Shown: positions 1-12,411 of the stretch, one piece after another
Numbering within the stretch: position 1 is the stretch's first letter
How the letters are laid out: each line of letters opens with the position of its first letter
NCBI RefSeq assembly: GCF_006345805.1
Contig: NC_043022.1
Span: forward strand, 15,252,001 to 15,316,000
Source: Octopus sinensis
Taxonomy: Eukaryota
DNA: 64,000 nucleotides
Direction of reading: 5' to 3'
Notes under the pieces: generated by a model
Told to the model about the DNA's origin: nothing
Database searches by the model: none
Seen by the model: the letters and a program-made list of their open reading frames with translations, nothing else
Translations under genes and position numbers: made by a program

Positions 1-429
1 TTACTTTATACAGAGTATATGTAGATATATGCACACAATATACTGCCGGCATCGGTTGTTAGTTGTCGGAGCACTGCATCCTTCAAAACTTCCATGCTTC
101 CTGAGATTCGCCAACACTACACTTGATTTTCTCCCCTCCATACACACACAAGCATGTTCACTTTCCAGACATTTCTGCATTATTGCATGTACTTTATATG
201 CACTTTCTGACAAGTTGTGGTGCACCTGAGCACTGTATACAATAATTTCATTATTATTATTATTATTATACAACATATGTACACGTACACAGTATACATA
301 CATATACACAACATATAGACACACAGTATACATATATACATACAGAATACATGTATACATATATATACAAAAGTATGCAATGGACATACAGAAAATATAC
401 AGACATATACATACAAGCATACATATATA

Positions 430-462
<33 letters not shown>

Positions 463-745
463 CTTTATATAATTAGGGTTCAGCAAAAAAATCTACTTTA
501 CCACACACCAAACTTTTAGAAATAGCAGCCAAAGAATTTAGCTATTTCTCTACTATAAGAAGAGCCAATTCTTTGGCTGCTATTTCTAAAAGTTCGGTTT
601 GTGGTAAAGTAAATTTTTTTTACTGACCCTAATCATATAACGTAATGTTTTAAATATACCGTAAATGGTCTTTTTACATACTAAACACTACTTGGTAAAA
701 TTATTAATTAATAATTAATTAATTTTACCCTTATTATTATTGACA

Positions 746-776
<31 letters not shown>

Positions 777-900
777 GACTTATAGGCATACAGTATCTCA
801 ATATGCAACCCTAGTATGTTACAAAGTGTGTTGAACATTTTTTGTAGATCAATACTATGTACTACTGTGTTAGCAGTGCATTAAGATCACATGTTAAGGT

Positions 901-941
<41 letters not shown>

Positions 942-1018
942 GCTGTCTAGCGGCTCAATAAGATATTGAATTCTTGGTTGTGGAACCCTCAGCCATCATT
1001 TACGACAAGAGAGTCCAC

Positions 1019-1069
<51 letters not shown>

Positions 1070-1176
1070 ACACATACACACACATACACACACATACACA
1101 CACACACACACACACAAATGCACATGCAATGCATGCAAGTGCTAGGTGCATCATCAACATCGATTCACCCACTTAC

Positions 1177-1261
1177 CATATGGCTCGCCCCGGAGTATTT
1201 CCGGAGCAATATAATTTGGTGTCCCACAAAATGTGTTGGTTTCTCCTCCAAACAACCCTTC
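1177..1261 (-). CDS. aPKC: aPKC activation-loop exon (85 nt): [28 protein letters not shown]
   Basis: actttcag acceptor, G|gtaagt donor; [12 protein letters not shown] with the PDK1-site Thr. Confidence 0.97.
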
Positions 1262-1600
1262 CTGAAAGTTAAAAACAAAAAAAGAAACATTAAAATAAAA
1301 CTTCTTTTACCAAAATTAAGTCAGAAACCTTATATTAGATATTTACACAGGAAAACCCTATTTTAATGAAAAAGGGTGTCTCTGGTTGGGTGCCCTTCCT
1401 CATGCCAACCCATTTTACATAGTGCAATGGGTGTTTTTTTTTTTTAGGTACCTGGCACCAGAGAGATTGTGAGACTCCTGACAAGACTAAAGGGCTTTCA
1501 GCAGGGGCCCTCCCTACCCAACATTGTCTACATATATTTGTTGACCCCTCCACTCACTATATACAGCAGTGGTTCTCAACAGGGGCCCAGATGACATTCA

Positions 1601-2029
<429 letters not shown>

Positions 2030-2231
2030 TCAAAGCTGGTAATTTGGCACAGCTGAGCCAGGCATTCAGCTTGTTTTTGGTGAGAGTATTTTTCGGCACT
2101 GGAGGTAAACACACATGCACACACACACACAAATTATAACATATAATGATGAGACAGGTGTTATTTGTCTCTAAATTATATGTTAGCCACTAAGCCACGT
2201 GCCTTCACACACACATACATACATATATATA

Positions 2232-2850
2232 TATATAAAGACCCCTTTCGGTCATGAATGACCATGGGATTGCACCTAGTAACTTTCCCTCCAAGGCACA
2301 AGTTCAGGCAAGGTTGTTTTATGGAAGGCCAGCAGTCACCCATGCATACCAGCCTCATCTCTCCTCTCCACACCACCGATGTTATCCAAGGGGCCAATGC
2401 AGTTTGGTACCAGTGACGTCGCAACTCATTTCTACAGATGAGTGAACTGGAGCAACGTGAAATAAAGTGTCTTGCCCAAGAACATAACATGTAGTCAGGT
2501 CTGGGAACTGGATATACATACATGTGTGTGTGTGTGTGTGTGTACAAAGGGTAAAAACTCCCTTTGGCTATGAATGACCATGGGATTGTACCTAGAAAGT
2601 TCTCCTCCGAGGCACAAATCCATGCAAGGTTTTTTATAGAATACCAGCAGTTCACCCATGCATACCAGCCTCCCCTCTCCATGCCACCGATGTTGTCCAA
2701 GGGAAAGGCAAAGGGGCCGATACAGCTTGGCACCAGGGATGTCACAACTCATTTCTACAGCTGAGTGAACTGGAGCAACATGAAATAAAGTGTCTTGCTC
2801 AAGAACACAACACACAGCTCGGTCTGGGAATTGAACTCACTATCTCATGA
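2232..2850 (-). mobile_element. Two adjacent copies of another SINE-like repeat
   Basis: 2232-2510 and 2560-2850 share atgaatgaccatgggattg...gtgaactggagcaac...aaagtgtcttgc. Confidence 0.75.
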
Positions 2851-2958
2851 TTGTAGTGAGGTACACACACACACACACCAGAAAAAGAATGAAGATGCAG
2901 AAAACACACACCTACACCCACACACATGGGACACACAAAAACAGGTTAAACCGCTCAC

Positions 2959-3095
2959 CTCGTTCATGTAGAAAGTTAAGGGCCAGAGATATTTCAGCTG
3001 CATAGAAGCGGGCATGATCCTCTGCCAACCTCCTTTGTTGCTGCATATGGAACATCAAATCTCCACCATTGACAAACTCAATCACAAAGAACAAA
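2959..3095 (-). CDS. aPKC: aPKC kinase exon (137 nt): [45 protein letters not shown]
   Basis: ctccttcag acceptor, G|gtgagc donor; GGDLMFHMQ motif. Confidence 0.97.
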
Positions 3096-3153
3096 CTGAA
3101 GGAGGAAAAAGAAAGAAATAGATTTGTATTACTATTACAAATTATTAATATCT

Positions 3154-3183
<30 letters not shown>

Positions 3184-3185
<2 letters not shown>

Positions 3186-3405
3186 AGGTGTCGAGCTGGC
3201 AGAAACTTTAGCATGCCGGGTGAAATGTTAGCGGTATTTCGTCTGTCTTTACGTTCTGAGTTCAAATTCTGCCGAGGGCGTCTTTGCCTTTCATCCTTTC
3301 GGTGGTCAATAAATTAAGTACCAGTTGCATACTGGGGTCGATCTAATCGACTGGTCCCCTCCCAAAATTTCAGGCCTTGTGCCTAGAGTAGAAAAGATTA
3401 TTATT
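3184..3405 (+). mobile_element. SINE family B (~220 bp; other copies ~6960, 15248, 15490, 15735, 19005, 54405 on +; ~36230, 43540 on -)
   Basis: gagctggcagaa...gagttcaaattc head, gcctttcatcctttcgg...aattaagtaccag core, often with an (ATT)n tail. Confidence 0.8.
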
Positions 3406-3633
3406 ATCCTTACAAATCTGCCTCCTCAGGCCCCTGTGCCAGTGGCATGTAAAACCACCCACTACACTCATGGAGTGGTTGGCATTAGAAAAGGCATCCA
3501 GCTGTAAAATTTTTGGTCTTCTAAAGTCATCTTGGAGAATAAGTTGATCGGCCCCTTTTTTTGGGGCTGTAAAAAGTCTGACTTGTATGCTGGTAACTAC
3601 AGCAGACTTAATCAGTGCCAGGATTCCACTTAC

Positions 3634-3731
3634 CGACTGAGAGACTGGAAACAGGAATGAAGCCCAACCAAAAACGGATAATTTGTTGCCGTCTCAAACA
3701 CATGTTTTTCTGTGTTAATCCAATCAATATC
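3634..3731 (-). CDS. aPKC: aPKC kinase exon (98 nt): [33 protein letters not shown]
   Basis: ttttttcag acceptor, CG|gtaagt donor; alphaC Glu (TEK) and [11 protein letters not shown]. Not in the supplied ORF track. Confidence 0.96.
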
Positions 3732-6079
3732 CTGAAAAAAAGGAAAAATCATTAGTAATAGGGATTATGAACAGATTCTATTTTGTGTGTGTGTGTGTGT
3801 GGTAAAGTAAAATTGTATCACAAGATATATGTTATATGAAAGGTAGCTTAACCATGAAATATGCAGGTGGGGTCAATATGTCTGACGAAATTCCTTATAA
3901 GGAGTGTCCTGATGTGGCTGCTGTCCAAGGACTTGAACCAATAAAAGAATAAAGGAATTAGGTACTTCATTATCTCCAAAGTAAATATAACCTTAATTAA
4001 TGGGTTATTTGATTGGTTTTTAAATATTTAATGAGCAGAATTGTCTGGAACTATTCCATGATGACATCGGGGTAGAGATGTCTTCATAAGAAACAAAAAC
4101 AGTACAGACAAACAAGTCTTCTAGAAATAAAAAAAAACACTAATTCATTTGATGCCAACCTACCCAAGACCATCCCTAATTCTATGATACAGCTATCTTC
4201 GTTATAAAGCGATTTTAATTAAAAACTTTCCATCAAAATTCTGTTATGTTCCAAACATCAGCTTTAATAACAACAAAGTTACTTTATTAAATTCTTGATA
4301 ATTTTCAAAATTTATTGAAACAAAATCAGTGTATTTCAACAGAAAAATGGTAAGAAAAAGGTTAAAGTGGTCCAAATTAAAACTTTCTATCAAAATTCCA
4401 AGTTAATTTAGGTTCCAAACACCATTTTAATAACAACAAAGTTATTGTACTAAATTCTTGTTTTCAAAAGTAATCAACAGAAAGGGTTAGGGTTAAAATG
4501 ATCCCAATTAAAACCCCCAAACAAAAGGGTTAAAAATACACTATAATACAGCTTCAAAATATTTTGTGGATACAGGAATATCTATTTTCTTTTTATTAAA
4601 TTTTCCCTCCTAAAACGGTTAGCATGGAAAGCGGACGTTAAACGATGATGATGAGGAGGAGGAGGAGAAGGAGGAATGATTGTGTGGCTTCTGGTTCAAA
4701 CTCAGACCACAGCTCCTTGGGAAAATGTTTTCTGCCATAGCTTCAGGTTGACCAGAGTTTTAGGAGGGAAACATTTAATAAAAAGAAAATAGATGGAAGC
4801 ACATCAGAATCTACAATTCCCGTTCTTGGGGTTTAGTCTTTATCCTGGTTTAATATCAGATCTTTTACTGGAATCCACTCTCTTGTAAGCATTCACAGCA
4901 GATCACCATTTTGAAGGGAGCTTATTCCTTTACAAATCGTGGAATCCCTTTGGAAAAGGTCACAGTTTATGCTGCTCTTCATCTTCTGATTAAACCATAA
5001 ATAAGAGACATTTGTCTTCAAATGGCTCAGCCTACCTGGCTGCAATTAGGAACCAATTGGAATGACTCTCAGCTGTAACAAACAACAGCATCATAAACAT
5101 CTTGATGGTCATGGCTAGAACACTTTGGAGCACAGGGTGTCTGCTTGATAAGGATTGGCCAAGGGTTAAACAACAATTAAATGAAACCGCCACTAATCAA
5201 GAAATAGCCTCACTAATTAGCGAGATTTAGTTTATAAAACGAACCAAATTAGAATGGTTGGCACAACGCCAGCCAGAAAATATTAGGGAATATTAATGCA
5301 ACAAAGAATTCCTGAGTTTCACACCATTTTTCTAAAGTAACGGTCGGAATATGTGTGTGTGATGAAATGTCGACTTAGGGGAGAGTAAGGATGGAGGGGG
5401 AGGGAAAGAGAGGGAGAGGAAGGGAAACAGGGAGAGGGGAAGAAAAACGGAGGGGGATGCAAATGGAGGGGCAGGGGTAATGGAGGGGATGAAAATGGAA
5501 GGGGATTGCATCAGGGGATGGAAACAGAGGGAGAGGAAGGGAAACGAAAGGGGGATGGAAAGGGAGATGGCAACGGAGGTGGGATGGAAATGGAGGGGAC
5601 TGAAACGGGGATGGAAACGGAGGAGGATGGAAATGGGGGGTGAATGGAGGGGGATGCTGGCAGGAATGAAATAATAACTGAGAAAAAAATAAAAGACTCA
5701 AACATTACACTATTTACATGTGCACACACAAATACATATACAGTTACACATACATGCAACAAACATACACACGTAGATATGCACCCACAACTACATACAT
5801 ACAGGTACACACACAATCAACATACAGACACACACACACACAGAAAGTCAACGGAAAACCCATCCACAAACAGCAAACCATCAGAGATTAGTCTTGTTTA
5901 TGAACAAACACATCACTACAGAAAAAAGATTTGTTTAACATCAATATTTTGAGGAACGAGGAAAATTGAATCTGTGCCTGCAGGAATATTTACCTGTGTG
6001 CATGAGAGGAGAGAGAAGGAGAGGGAGTGTGTATGTGTGTGTGTTTGTATGTATATATATATATATATATATATATAGC

Positions 6080-6470
6080 GCCGCCCCGTCTGGCCTCTGT
6101 GCCGGTGGCACATAAAAAGCACCATCCGTTTGTGGCCATTGCCAGCCTCGCCAGGCCCCCGTGCCGGTGGCACGTAAAAAGCACCATCCGATCGTGGCCG
6201 TTGCCAGCCTTGCCTGGCCCCCATGCCGGTGGCACGTAAAAGGCACCATCTGACCGTGGCCGTTTGCCAGCCCCGTCTGGCACCTGTGCCGGTGGCACGT
6301 AAAAAGCACCCACTACACTCAAGGAGTGGTTGGCGTTAGGAAGGGCATCCAGCCGTAGAAACACTGCCAGATCAGACTGGGCCTGGCGCAGCCTTCTGGC
6401 TTCCCAGACCCCAGTTGAACTGTCCAACCCATGCCAGCATGGAAAGCGGACGCTAAATGATGATGATGAA
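6080..6470 (+). mobile_element. Retroposon family C with internal ~58-bp gtgccggtggcacgtaaaaagcacc repeats and (GAT)n tail (others ~15945, 34015, 41826, 47540, 51650, 62800)
   Basis: Shared tail ccaacccatgccagcatggaaagcggacg-(atg)n across copies. Confidence 0.8.
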
Positions 6471-7644
6471 TGATATATCATTTAGTGTCCTCTTTTCCTT
6501 GCTTGCATGGACCAAATGAAATTTGTTGAGGCAGATTTTCTGTGGGTGGAAGCCTATCCTTATCTCCAATCCCCGCCAGCTCATTTACAAGAATTCACAC
6601 CAACAACGACACACATACATGTATGCATGTAGTAGAAATGCTTCCTATCATTGGTATAATAGTTTTCTGACCATGTTCTGACCCTACATGTTAACATTGT
6701 GAAATGTGAACAATCACCATCAGAGAGGCTTCTGTACCAAACAGCAGAATCTGTAGGAGCTGCTCAGATGCTTTAGAAACCAGACCTCATAGAATTCAAG
6801 CTGTAATTACTGCCAAAAGTGGTCCTAAACCATATTAAAATAAATTTGTTTCAAATTTTAAGGGGTTTCCATTATTTTTCCAACCCCTGTATATGTTAGT
6901 GTGTGCGCGCGCGTGCATATATATATATATATATATATTTTGTTTACTTTTAATTATTGCCAAGGCAGCAAGCTAGCAGAATCATACTGGGCGAAATGCT
7001 TAGCGGTATTTCATTTGCCGTTATCTTCTGAGTTCAGATTCCGCCGAGGTCGACTTTGCCTTTCATCCCTCGGGGTCGATTAAATATGTACCAGTTACAC
7101 ACCGGGATCAATGTAATCCACTTAATCCGTTTGTCTGTCCTTGTTTGTCCCTCTCTGTGTTTAGCCCCCTGTGGGCAATAAGTGTATATATATATATATG
7201 TATATATATATATTATATATATATATATACAATATATGTATACAATAATTTCATTATTATTATTATTATTATTTTTAAACATAGATTATATGCACTTTCT
7301 GACAAGTTGTGGTGCACCTGAGCACTGTATACAATAATTTCATTATTATATATATCGTTTAAATTCAGGGAAGCGTTTTGAATATGCAAATGAAGCTGAT
7401 ATTCCATGAAATCAGCCACAGTCTAACGATGCTGGCTGGTGAACCAGTTTGTTGGGGTTGCATTGAGCTGCACCGATATAATGTAGGATAAATATAATAA
7501 CAACAACAACAATAATTCTTAGATGGAATTTATATGCATCAAATGTTTATAAATTGCATCCAAGGATCACACACACACACAAAGCATAAAGAAAGAATGT
7601 CATATACACACACACACACACAGATATATATAAGAGATACTAAC

Positions 7645-7809
7645 CTCTTCATCATTAAACATTGCTTTCTTGATGACTTTCATTGCATAAATGCGTTTCG
7701 TGACCTTCTGCTCAACCATAAGGACCTTGGCATAGCTTCCTCGACCGATGACCCGCAGAAGAGTGAAGTCATCCAACGAGATCTGTCCCCGTTCCATGCC
7801 ATCGTCAAG
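7645..7809 (-). CDS. aPKC: aPKC kinase exon (165 nt): [55 protein letters not shown]
   Basis: ccccctcag acceptor, GAG|gttagt donor; aPKC-type GRGSYAKV glycine loop and YAMK catalytic Lys. Confidence 0.97.
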
Positions 7810-8399
7810 CTGAGGGGGAAATAAAGCAAAACATGAAACAAGGAAAACAAACAAAACACAAACATCGAAATAGACGAAGATGACATTTTGGTCCCCATAG
7901 CAACGACGTCCCTAATGTTAGAGAAGGGGCCTGAGAAAAGGCACTCTGTTGACATGAGGAAATCCTGTCCAAGTCACATCACTCCCAGCTGTGTGTATGT
8001 GAGTTCAATCTTACTGCACAGCACCTTGGACTGGACAAATGTCTTCTAGTTATAACCCTGGGCCAACCAATGCTATTGTGAATGAATTTGGTAGAAGGAA
8101 ATTGGAAGTTTGGGTAATTTGTGTGTCAACATTTAGAGAGTGTGTGTGCGTGTCACTTGTTGCAAGCAGTGGTGTTCTTGCAACATCTTCTGTCAATAAG
8201 CTGCCTCTTTGCTATTTGTGCTATTTTCGTGAGGTTTTTGCAGCTTTAATAATAATACTAAAGCATATTACTCTACCTCCGGTAGTTGAGTACTATTTTA
8301 TCCCACCTTGTTTCACATTTATGTATTTACACTGGTGTGTGTGTGTGTGTATTTTAGGTGGCCACTGTGGGTTTGTGCCTCTTCATCTTGTGTGATGCT

Positions 8400-8430
<31 letters not shown>

Positions 8431-8431
<1 letters not shown>

Positions 8432-10252
8432 AAGGCACATGGCTCAGTGGTTAGGGTGTTCTGCTCACATTCACTAGATCATGGGTTCAATCCCAGTCCA
8501 GGTTGCGCATTGTGTTCTTGAGCAAAACACTTCATTCCAGATCACTCAGCTGTAAATAGATAACCTCACAATAGAATAACTTTCCGATCAGGATAAACGT
8601 TGGCCCGCTTGCCAAGCCAGTTGGGTGACAGTATTCAAAATCTAAAATGATCCACAGCACATTGTGACCAGTGATGTGTAACATCATCTGGTAGTCAGGT
8701 CAATACTAAGATTATACATTATATATATACACATATATATATACATAAAAGTGCTCAAGTATTACGATATTGTATTTCATTCCATGTCTCGCTTCATTAG
8801 TTTTTTCCACCAGTGAAGTCACATGTCTCCTTACGACTACTGACTATAAATGGTAACAGTCAAGCCCAGATGAACACTAGTGTACACCACTGATACGCCA
8901 GCAGTAGTCTGCAATTCAGACTTCAGGCTACTTGCTGGCAATGGTGAATAAGTTTATAGTTTATTGAAATGGTTTGACCATTAAATAAGATTCCATAACA
9001 AGGAAATGTATAAGACTCACGCAACATGACACCTTATTCAACTATGTAAGGGTGTGTGAGCTGTTATATATATACACACACATGCACACATTTATTTACA
9101 CATATAAACACACATATATTTACACACACACATTCATATTTCTGCAAACACTCAGATGGCACTAAAAATAATTGTCCTTTTGGTTATTTTTCAAATAATT
9201 TGATAGTTATTTCAGAATAAAGTTTTAATTATGTCTATATAACTACATAGTTTTTTTTAAAGTGCAGATTGCTATCTCTTGATTCACATTAATAGTTTTG
9301 TTTTGTTTTCTATGTTATTTTTAATTATTTTAAGTTGTCAAATTAAAGATGGAAAAAAACCTCAGTAAATTAAAGCACAACATGAGCAGCAGAAACAGCT
9401 GGCAACTTCAACCTAGTATTTAATCAAGTGGGGTCATCAATGAACATATGGCTTGATATAAGTTCCAGAAAAAATTTTCGTTGTGGAATTGAGGGCTTTG
9501 AAGATGAGCAAAGGTTGCAGATGATGTTCTGCAACTGATAACAATCAAAACATTCAAAGCCCTTTTTGGTGAAACTAATCTAAAGCAAAACAACAAATCT
9601 CAAAGCTATGAGATAATGCAGGATTAATTCAAAGCATTGTGAATAAAGAAGCTTCACATCTGCCAGAATAATGTCAAAGAGTTAAAAAATTTGATATGAA
9701 TTATTTTAATTTCTATTTGACATGTCGTATCACTAAGGGATAACTATTATACCAATGCTACAGGCAACAACAAAACATCTGGACAGTTAGATGATACAAA
9801 AAAAACAAGGACAAGAAAAAACAAGGATGGATCATTTGGAGTTTTCTATCCTCAGTCGAGTTCCAGATCATCTTTGCAGTTTTGGCTGGTTATACTCAAG
9901 ACTGCTCCAATTTGGCCAGCCCCAAGAAAATCTAAGCTAAGAACACTAGATTCCTTGGAAGAAAGCAAGCAAATGTATTTGTCCTTGTTTTTGTATACAT
10001 TCGCTTGCTTTCTTCCAAAGAATCTAATGCTCTTAGCTTAGATTTTCTTGAGGCCGGCCAGATTGGAGCAGTCACAAGAGTAACCGGCTGAAACTGCTGT
10101 GAAAATCTGGAACACGACTGAGGATAGAAAACTCCAAACGACCCGTCCTTGTTTGTATCATCTAACTGTCCAGATGTCTTGCCACCTGTTACATCCTTGT
10201 TCCATTTTTTTCTTTTTTATATATACATATAGCAGTGTACATACACTTTTGG

Positions 10253-10321
<69 letters not shown>

Positions 10322-12146
10322 AAGGCACATGGCTCAGTGGTTAGGGTGTTCTGCTCACATTCACTAGATCATGGGTTCAATCCCAGTCCAGGTTGCGCAT
10401 TGTGTTCTTGAGCAAAACACTTCATTCCAGATCACTCAGCTGTAAATAGATAACCTCACAATAGAATAACTTTCCGATCAGGATAAACGTTGGCCCGCTT
10501 GCCAAGCCAGTTGGGTGACAGTATTCAAAATCTAAAATGATCCACAGCACATTGTGACCAGTGATGTGTAACATCATCTGGTAGTCTGGTCAATACTAAG
10601 ATTATACATTATATATATACATATATATATATACACATAAAAGTGCTCAAGTATTATGATATTGTATTTCATTCCATGTTGTCTCGCTTCATTAGTTTTT
10701 TCCACCAGTGAAGTCACATGTCTCCTTACGACTACTGACTATAAATGGTAACAGTCAAGCCCAGATGAACACTAGTGTACACCACTGATACGCCAGCAGT
10801 AGTCTGCAATTCAGACTTCAGGCTACTTGCTGGCAATGGTGAATAAGTTTATAGTTTATTGAAATGGTTTGACCATTAAATAAGATTCCATAACAAGGAA
10901 ATGTATAAGACTCACGCAACATGACACCTTATTCAACTATGTAAGGGTGTGTGAGCTGTTATATATACACACACACATGCACACATTTATTTACACATAT
11001 AAACACACATATATTTACACACACACATTCATATTTCTGCAAACACTCAGATGGCACTAAAAATAATTGTCCTTTTGGTTATTTTTCAAATAATTTGATA
11101 GTTATTTTAGAATAAAGTTTTAATTATGTCTATATAACTACATAGTTTTTTTTAAAGTGCAGATTGCTATCTCTTGATTCACATTAATAGTTTTGTTTTG
11201 TTTTCTATGTTATTTTTAATTATTTTAAGTTGTCAAATTAAAGATGGAAAAAAACCTCAGTAAATAAAGCACAACATGAGCAGCAGAAACAGCTGGCAAC
11301 TTCAACCTAGTATTTAATCAAGTGGGGTCATCAATGAACATATGGCTTGATATAAGTTCCAGAAAAAATTTTCGTTGTGGAATTGAGGGCTTTGAAGATG
11401 AGCAAAGGTTGCAGATGATGTTCTGCAACTGATAACAATCAAAACATTCAAAGCCCTTTTTGGTGAAACTAATCTAAAGCAAAACAACAAATCTCAAAGC
11501 TATGAGATAATGCAGGATTAATTCAAAGCGTTGTGAATAAAGAAGCTTCACATCTGCCAGAATAATGTCAAAGAGTTAAACAATTTGATATGAATTATTT
11601 TAATTTCTATTTGACATGTCGTATCACTAAGGGATAACTATTATACCAATGCTACAGGCAACAACAAAACATCTGGACAGTTAGATGATACAAAAAAAAC
11701 AAGGACAAGAAAAAACAAGGATGGATCATTTGGAGTTTTCTATCCTCAGTCGAGTTCCAGATCATCTTTGCAGTTTTGGCTGGTTATACTCAAGACTGCT
11801 CCAATTTGGCCAGCCCCAAGAAAATCTAAGCTAAGAACACTAGATTCCTTGGAAGAAAGCAAGCAAATGTATTTGTCCTTGTTTTTGTATACATTCGCTT
11901 GCTTTCTTCCAAAGAATCTAATGCTCTTAGCTTAGATTTTCTTGAGGCCGGCCAGATTGGAGCAGTCACAAGAGTAACCGGCTGAAACTGCTGTGAAAAT
12001 CTGGAACACGACTGAGGATAGAAAACTCCAAACGACCCGTCCTTGTTTGTATCATCTAACTGTCCAGATGTCTTGCCACCTGTTACATCCTTGTTCCATT
12101 TTTTTCTTTTTTATATATACATATAGCAGTGTACATACACTTTTGG

Positions 12147-12215
<69 letters not shown>
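8431..12215. repeat. Near-identical ~1.89-kb tandem duplication (8431-10320 and 10321-12215)
   Basis: Both copies begin gaaggcacatggctcagtgg and end in (TA)n(TG)n; only scattered substitutions and small indels. Confidence 0.95.
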
Positions 12216-12233
<18 letters not shown>

Positions 12234-12363
12234 ACATATATATAAACACTACATACATACACATATACACACACATACATACATGTGTGTATATATATAC
12301 ACACATATGTACACACACATACATAAACACACAAACAAAAATAAATAAATATAAGATGAATAC

Positions 12364-12411
12364 CTCAACTTTCGCATACTGTAACGAATGATGTCCAACA
12401 TTGTAGACCAT
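12364..12411 (-). CDS. Candidate exon: 15-nt microexon YAKVE (12364-12378) or alternative start MVYNVGHHSLQYAKVE
   Basis: ttacag acceptor (AG at 12380-12379), GAG|gtattc donor, phase 0 compatible with the kinase exon; upstream frame open to ATGs at 12411 and 12558. Confidence 0.35.

Noticed and set aside
5376-5665. G-rich tract with Pro-rich and Gly-rich ORFs
   Set aside because: Low-complexity polypurine sequence with no splice or homology support.
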